This document shows, one piece after another, positions 57,212 through 64,000 of a stretch of 64,000 nucleotides of DNA. The stretch lies in NCBI GenBank assembly GCA_035475295.1, contig DATIMM010000117.1, positions 4,869 to 68,868 of the forward strand, written 5' to 3'. This DNA is from Bryobacteraceae bacterium. Lineage in GTDB: Bacteria; Acidobacteriota; Terriglobia; Bryobacterales; Bryobacteraceae. The first letter of the stretch is position 1; each line of letters begins with the position of its first letter. Under the pieces are notes generated by a model. That model had not been told where the DNA came from. It saw only the letters and a list, made by a program, of their open reading frames with translations, and searched no databases. A program made the translations under genes and the position numbers.

Positions 57212-58803
57212 GTTTCCGGTACCTGCATTATGAAAACGGCGCCACCGCCTGGCCGGTTCTCTGCCCGGATTCTGCCGCCATGAGCTTCGATGATACCCTT
57301 CGCGATCGCCAGTCCCATGCCGCTGCCCCCGCTGCCATCCCGTCCTCGCGTCCCGCGATAGAACTTGTCAAATATGCGCTCCATCTCGCGTGGACTGATC
57401 CCGGGTCCACGGTCGGAAACGGTAATTCTCGTATTACCGGCGATCCGTTCGGCGGCAACTTCGATCCGTCCGTTCGGGCCGGAGTACTTCGCGGCATTTT
57501 CGAGCACTTGGTGCAACGCCTGCGAAAGAAGCTCCGGATCTGCAGTAACTCGCAGGTCAGGCGCTACGCGCACCTCGAAACGATGTCTGTTCGGATACGT
57601 CGCCACCACTCGTTCCACCTCTTCCAAAAGACTGCTGGCTGACCGTTGCAAAACCACCTTTTGCGACTCGACGCGCGCGAGTTGTATGGCCGCGCTGATC
57701 GTCTTGTGCAGGTGTTCTGTTTCTTCGTTGATGATGTTGAGTAGTTCCGCGCGCTTTTCCTCCGATTGGGGCGGGATGGTGATGAGCGTGGTAACGCAGG
57801 TTTTAATGGCCGTCAACGGCGTCTTCAGATCGTGCGCAATCCCATCCAGGACGAACGCCTTGAGGCGCTCACCCTGCCGCGCTGCTTCGGCTTCGGCAGC
57901 CGTCTTCAGCGCTCGCATGCGTTCATAGCCGATTGCAACAAGGTTAGCGATGCTCTCCTGCTCCGGCTTAGTCAAGCGCGCGCCCGCCAGTCCCAGGCTG
58001 CCGATAGTCCGCGTCCCCAAACGGACCGGAATATACGTCGCTTCCCCGCTCTCGTCAATGCTGCTGGATTGAGCAACTCGCTCAAGTTGCAAGCGCGACA
58101 GTGGGCCTACATCAGCCGGATAAACTTGGCCATTATTGGAATCGTAGAATGCGACGTGGCTTAAGCCGAAAATATCCCGCACGGGCGTGAGAGCAACTCT
58201 TGTGATATCCGCTGCCTCGTCCATCAGCATCGCTCGGCTGAGTTGATAAAGGCGCTCGATCTCGGATCGGCGGGCCAGGGCCTCTTCAGCCCGATCCTTT
58301 GCTTTCGCTGATAGCTGGCTCGCCACAATTGCCGTGACGAGAAACGCCGTCAGGGCCACCCAGTTTTGCGGGTCAGCGATCGTCAGTGTTCCGACCGGAG
58401 GGAGAAAGAAGAAGTTGAAGGCGAACAGGCAAACGACCGACGTGAACACTCCCTCCCGCAAACCCCACCTGGTCGCAACTCCAAGCACGACCAGGAGCAT
58501 CGTGAGAGCCACGGTGGTTGCGTTCACATGGACCACGTCGAAGCACAAGAAAGCTACAGCGCCGGAGACGAATAGGCAAGCGAAATAACGGAACCAGGCT
58601 GACGATCCCACAAAACCAATGTACGTCCAAACAAGAGGATGGCTTTCAACGAATATATGAGGTGGTGGCGCTCCCGTTGACACTGCCGCGCCTCGCCACG
58701 CCCGACCGGCCCCAGGCGCCTGGCGCAATCTGAATACACAATGGCGTGGTTTGCGTACCGCCACGGCCTCCGAACGCCGTAAAATCGAGATGGCTTCTCT
58801 CAA
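57208..58803 (-). CDS. kdpD: KdpD-like sensor histidine kinase lacking the N-terminal KdpD/Usp sensor module.
   Basis: DUF4118-like four-TM block (…LLVVLGVATRWGLREGVFTS…FNFFFLPPVGTLTIADPQNW…), a GAF-like region, H-box IAHDLKTPLTAI and the HATPase motifs. At most 531 aa. The true start is uncertain (the first roughly 70 aa look non-coding-like). Confidence 0.78.
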   Translation of the reverse strand: MREAISILRRSEAVAVRKPRHCVFRLRQAPGAGRAWRGAAVSTGAPPPHIFVESHPLVWTYIGFVGSSAWFRYFACLFVSGAVAFLCFDVVHVNATTVALTMLLVVLGVATRWGLREGVFTSVVCLFAFNFFFLPPVGTLTIADPQNWVALTAFLVTAIVASQLSAKAKDRAEEALARRSEIERLYQLSRAMLMDEAADITRVALTPVRDIFGLSHVAFYDSNNGQVYPADVGPLSRLQLERVAQSSSIDESGEATYIPVRLGTRTIGSLGLAGARLTKPEQESIANLVAIGYERMRALKTAAEAEAARQGERLKAFVLDGIAHDLKTPLTAIKTCVTTLITIPPQSEEKRAELLNIINEETEHLHKTISAAIQLARVESQKVVLQRSASSLLEEVERVVATYPNRHRFEVRVAPDLRVTADPELLSQALHQVLENAAKYSGPNGRIEVAAERIAGNTRITVSDRGPGISPREMERIFDKFYRGTRGRDGSGGSGMGLAIAKGIIEAHGGRIRAENRPGGGAVFIMQVPET

Positions 58804-58808
58804 TCTGA

Positions 58809-60851
<2,043 letters not shown>

Positions 60852-60868
60852 TTAGGAGGGAGATTGAT

Positions 60869-61399
60869 ATGGCCACGATCCTCGTTAATGGAGTCAAACG
60901 CGAAGTTCAGGCGCCGAGTGACACGCCTCTGCTCTACGTCCTGAGAAACGACCTCGAACTTACGGGGCCTCAGTTTGGCTGCGGTCTTGCGCAGTGCGGA
61001 GCTTGCTCCGTGCTGCTCAACGGCAAGGAGGTGCGCTCCTGCATCACGCCTCTGGCGGCCGTCGGTGACAAAGAGGTCACAACGCTGGAAGGTCTCCCGG
61101 CGCGCTGGGCCAAACAACGAGCCCTAACGGCGGAACAGGCGGCGAAAACTCTTCACCCGGTACAGGAGGCGTGGATCGCGGAGCAGACGCCTCAGTGTGG
61201 TTTCTGCCAGAACGGGATGATGATTAAAACGACCGAACTGTTGGAGCGTGTTTCCTCACCCACACTCGCGGAGATCAAGGAGGCCTTTACCACTTCTGGC
61301 CCGTCCCCGCATCTCTGCCGTTGCGGAACTTACACAGCCATCCTCCAGGCTGTACAACGCGCCGCCACTCGAATGACGAAAGGGAGTGAAATCCTATGA
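60869..61399 (+). CDS. (2Fe-2S)-binding small subunit of an IorA/aldehyde-oxidoreductase-type molybdoenzyme.
   Basis: GCGLAQCGACSVLLNG, QCGFCQNGM and CRCGTY cluster motifs. Confidence 0.88.
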   Translation: MATILVNGVKREVQAPSDTPLLYVLRNDLELTGPQFGCGLAQCGACSVLLNGKEVRSCITPLAAVGDKEVTTLEGLPARWAKQRALTAEQAAKTLHPVQEAWIAEQTPQCGFCQNGMMIKTTELLERVSSPTLAEIKEAFTTSGPSPHLCRCGTYTAILQAVQRAATRMTKGSEIL

Positions 61400-63741
61400 T
61401 GGCGAACCAGAAAAAACTAGCGAGCCGCACAACGGATGTCTTCGGCGCCTCCCTTTCGCGCCGGGGCTTCGTGAAGGCCGGTGGTGCGCTGCTGGTGGGC
61501 TTCAGCCTGGTCAAGGCTGACGCTATGCCGAAAGCCGAAGCGGCCGTCAGCGGCAACACCCTGAATGCAGGGCTGCCGCAATCGTGGATCGAAATCCACG
61601 CCGACAACACCATCTTGATTCGTGTAGGCAAGCCGGATTTCGGCCAGAGCACCGTATTCACCGCGTACCGTCAGATCGTGGCGGAAGAACTCAATGTGCC
61701 GTTCGAGGCTATCACGAATGTTGTTTCCGGCGACACAGATCGCACGCCCGACGGCAGCGGAGCCTTCGATTTCCTCCAGGGCGGAATGCCCAACATCCGG
61801 AAAGCCGCTGCCTATGTTCACCAGGCGCTGCTCGATTTAGCCTCCGAGCGGCTCGGCGTGCCCAAGGACCAGCTTTCCGTCAAGGACGGAGTTGTCTCCG
61901 GTAACGGCAAGACCGTGTCCTACGGGGAGCTGGTCAGGAACCAGAAATTGAATCTGACTATACCGGTCAAAGGCGACGTGCACAGCATGTTCGGATTGAC
62001 CATCGACGGAGATCCTCCGCTGAAGCCGGTGAGCCAGTACACGATCGTCGGCAAGTCCTTTCCTAACTCCGTGACCGCCTCCAAGGTCGCGGCGAAAGAG
62101 ACGTGGGTTACCGACGTCCGTCTTCCCGGCATGCTGCATGCGCGCGTGGTACATCCGAAGACGCTGGGGTCCAAACTCGTTTCCGTTGGCCCTCTGGACA
62201 AGGCTCGTTTTCCGAATACGCAGGTGATCGTCAAAGGAAATCTGGTGGGCGTGGTCGCCCCCACCGAATGGGAAGCCATTAAAGCTGCGCAACAGATTGC
62301 GTCAGGCACAAAGTGGACCGACTGGAAGGGCCTCCCCGGAGACCAGAGGCTGTTTCAATTCCTGAAGGAAGATGCGGACTGGAAAACCACTCCCGCCGAG
62401 ACAAGCAAGAAATCCAATGGCGATGTTCCTGCCGCGCTTGCGAAATCCTCCAGAAAGCTCTCGGCGACCTACCAGCTTCCGTATCTGAAGCATGCGCCCA
62501 TTGGACCGGCGATGGCCGTAGCGGACGTTCGTCCGGACGGCACTGTCTACGTCTACACGCATACCCAGAATCCCCAAGCACTGCGCTCCGGGATCGCGCA
62601 CATGCTCACCACGTCTGTAGATCGCGTTGTGGTACGTACGTTCGCGGGACCCGGCCACTATGGCCGGTCGAACGGCGGTAACTCCGGGGCGGAGGACGAA
62701 GCCGTGATCCTGTCGCAGGCGGTCGGCAAGCCCGTTCGCGTGCAATGGATGCGGCCCGATGATTTTCAGTGGTCCACCCAATCATCCACGGCCTTTTCGG
62801 ATGTGGAGATCGGACTCGATGCCCAAGGCAATTTGACCGGCTTCCAAATCGACCATTACATGCCGGCGATGCAGGACGACCGCCTCGTTGGTGCGATCCT
62901 GGCCGGTCTTCCCACCATCCCTGCGCCCAATGAGAAAGGCGCTGTCATGGGTGTCCGGAACAATGTGAGCGACCCATGGATTTACGACGGCGCGCCCGCC
63001 GTGCTGGAACGCGCCCACGGAACGTTCCAGGTCGGGCAGAGCTCTTCCCCGATCAATGTCGGACTGCGCGATCACAGTATGCGAACGCCTGTGCAGTATC
63101 AGCAGAACTTCCCGCGCGAGCTGGCCATCACGGAGGCCGCCGTGCTCGCGGGCGCGGACCCGCTTCACTTCCGGATTCAACACGCGCGTGAAAAACGGCT
63201 CATAGGAGTGCTCGAGTCCGTTCGGGAAGCTGCGGTGTGGCAACCGCGTTCGCAGCCTCCGGTCACTAAAAACGGTGTGAGGCAGGGCCAGGGCGTATCG
63301 GCTCTGTTCCGCAACGGAACTTACTGGGCTTGCGTGGCGAATATCGCTGTCAACATGACCAGCGGCGCGATAAAGGTGGAAAAAATGACGGTCGCGGTAG
63401 ACCCGGGAATCGTCATCAACCCGCTACAGCTGAAGCGCCAGATCGAAGGCGGCACGGTTATGGGAGTCAGCATTTCGTTACGGGAGGAAGTACGGTTCGA
63501 CGAGAGCGGCGTGACAGTAACCGACTGGCGTAGCTATCCGATCGCCACCATGGCCGATCTTCCCGAGATCAAAGTGGTCCTCATCAACCGGCCGGAGGTT
63601 GGCAAGTACGGCCAGGGATCTGAGGCTGCCAATGCTCTGGCTACATCGGCCATCGCCGGAGCCTTCTTGGACGCCACGGGCAAGGTCGCGCGCCGGATTC
63701 CGCTAAAGCCCGATTATGTTCAGGCACTCCTGAGAGCTTAG
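61396..63741 (+). CDS. Molybdopterin-dependent oxidoreductase large subunit (IorB/aldehyde dehydrogenase beta-like), Tat signal.
   Basis: 781 aa with SRRGFVKAGGALLVG twin-Arg-like leader. Its start overlaps the small-subunit stop by 4 nt. It has xanthine-dehydrogenase-family a/b hammerhead-like and MoCo-binding regions (GQGSEAANALATSAIAGA). Confidence 0.85.
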   Translation: MMANQKKLASRTTDVFGASLSRRGFVKAGGALLVGFSLVKADAMPKAEAAVSGNTLNAGLPQSWIEIHADNTILIRVGKPDFGQSTVFTAYRQIVAEELNVPFEAITNVVSGDTDRTPDGSGAFDFLQGGMPNIRKAAAYVHQALLDLASERLGVPKDQLSVKDGVVSGNGKTVSYGELVRNQKLNLTIPVKGDVHSMFGLTIDGDPPLKPVSQYTIVGKSFPNSVTASKVAAKETWVTDVRLPGMLHARVVHPKTLGSKLVSVGPLDKARFPNTQVIVKGNLVGVVAPTEWEAIKAAQQIASGTKWTDWKGLPGDQRLFQFLKEDADWKTTPAETSKKSNGDVPAALAKSSRKLSATYQLPYLKHAPIGPAMAVADVRPDGTVYVYTHTQNPQALRSGIAHMLTTSVDRVVVRTFAGPGHYGRSNGGNSGAEDEAVILSQAVGKPVRVQWMRPDDFQWSTQSSTAFSDVEIGLDAQGNLTGFQIDHYMPAMQDDRLVGAILAGLPTIPAPNEKGAVMGVRNNVSDPWIYDGAPAVLERAHGTFQVGQSSSPINVGLRDHSMRTPVQYQQNFPRELAITEAAVLAGADPLHFRIQHAREKRLIGVLESVREAAVWQPRSQPPVTKNGVRQGQGVSALFRNGTYWACVANIAVNMTSGAIKVEKMTVAVDPGIVINPLQLKRQIEGGTVMGVSISLREEVRFDESGVTVTDWRSYPIATMADLPEIKVVLINRPEVGKYGQGSEAANALATSAIAGAFLDATGKVARRIPLKPDYVQALLRA

Positions 63742-63874
63742 GAACTCCAGGAAGACTTGCGGCCGAACTGCCGTAACGTTCCGGGCAATCTGACATCGCC
63801 TTGGGCTCCTATGAGGTATGTTGATGTGAGTCGAGCCGCGTTGCTGCGGTCGGACGATGGAGTGGAGGAGCAAC

Positions 63875-64000
63875 ATGATGCGATCCAGATGGATCCGAAT
63901 CCTGACTTCGTATCTTGCGTTGGCGATGGTAGTCTGTGCGGCGCAGGAAGCCACCGCCCAGCCCACGCCGCGGCGAGCCCTACTGGCGCTCTCGAAACGC
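63875..64000 (+). CDS. Secreted protein, 5' fragment (continues beyond the window). Possibly the third subunit of the oxidoreductase.
   Basis: GGAGGAG RBS at 63864-63870. The ATG at 63875 gives MMRSRWIRILTSYLALAMVVCAAQEATAQ (signal peptide). The function cannot be read from 42 aa. Confidence 0.4.
   Translation, partial: MMRSRWIRILTSYLALAMVVCAAQEATAQPTPRRALLALSKR

Overview
This is a 64-kb chromosomal segment. Spot counts put GC at roughly 58-60%. The gene content suggests a soil Acidobacteriota-like genome: a PEP-CTERM protein, a BNR/sortilin-like propeller, a CadC-type wHTH fused to a TolB-like propeller, an ECF sigma factor and many secreted hydrolases. That assignment is an inference and no search was possible. 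Most of the window is ordinary housekeeping or catabolic DNA:
- sodA, nagA, ilvE and tRNA-Val(CAC)
- a GH51 arabinofuranosidase next to a BNR-repeat protein
- an L-fuconate dehydratase/SDR/Gfo-Idh-MocA module
- a complete kdpD-kdpE-(small peptide)-kdpFABC locus
- an AraC/aldo-keto reductase/IorAB-type molybdoenzyme cluster.

Two mobile-DNA zones stand out.

(1) 4025-5949: a 1194-bp IS481-like element with perfect 15-bp terminal inverted repeats has cut off the N-terminal half of a tyrosine integrase. The integrase sits beside tRNA-Val, so this looks like a decayed integrative island.

(2) 27851-30361: this is the most interesting locus. It is a 2476-bp unit bounded by 25-bp inverted repeats (23/25 identical) and a near-perfect 8-bp target duplication. 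It carries an IS1595-family transposase plus four passenger ORFs. The largest passenger (234 aa) shows the RusA-resolvase motif pattern D-I-D-G-x-x-K-x-x-x-D-A-L ... DD. The right end is abutted, after exactly 8 bp, by a second 19-nt copy of the left inverted repeat, which gives a head-to-tail junction-like structure.

Other points worth a look:
- a 978-aa patatin-like lipase whose catalytic Ser and Asp are separated by about 10 predicted TM helices
- an ABC ATPase that is missing the Q-loop segment
- a frameshifted propeller-gene remnant
- an extra hydrophobic 27-aa ORF upstream of kdpF.

No CRISPR array, rRNA, reverse transcriptase or known multi-gene defence system was recognised. All functional calls rest on motif recognition by eye, with no database search.
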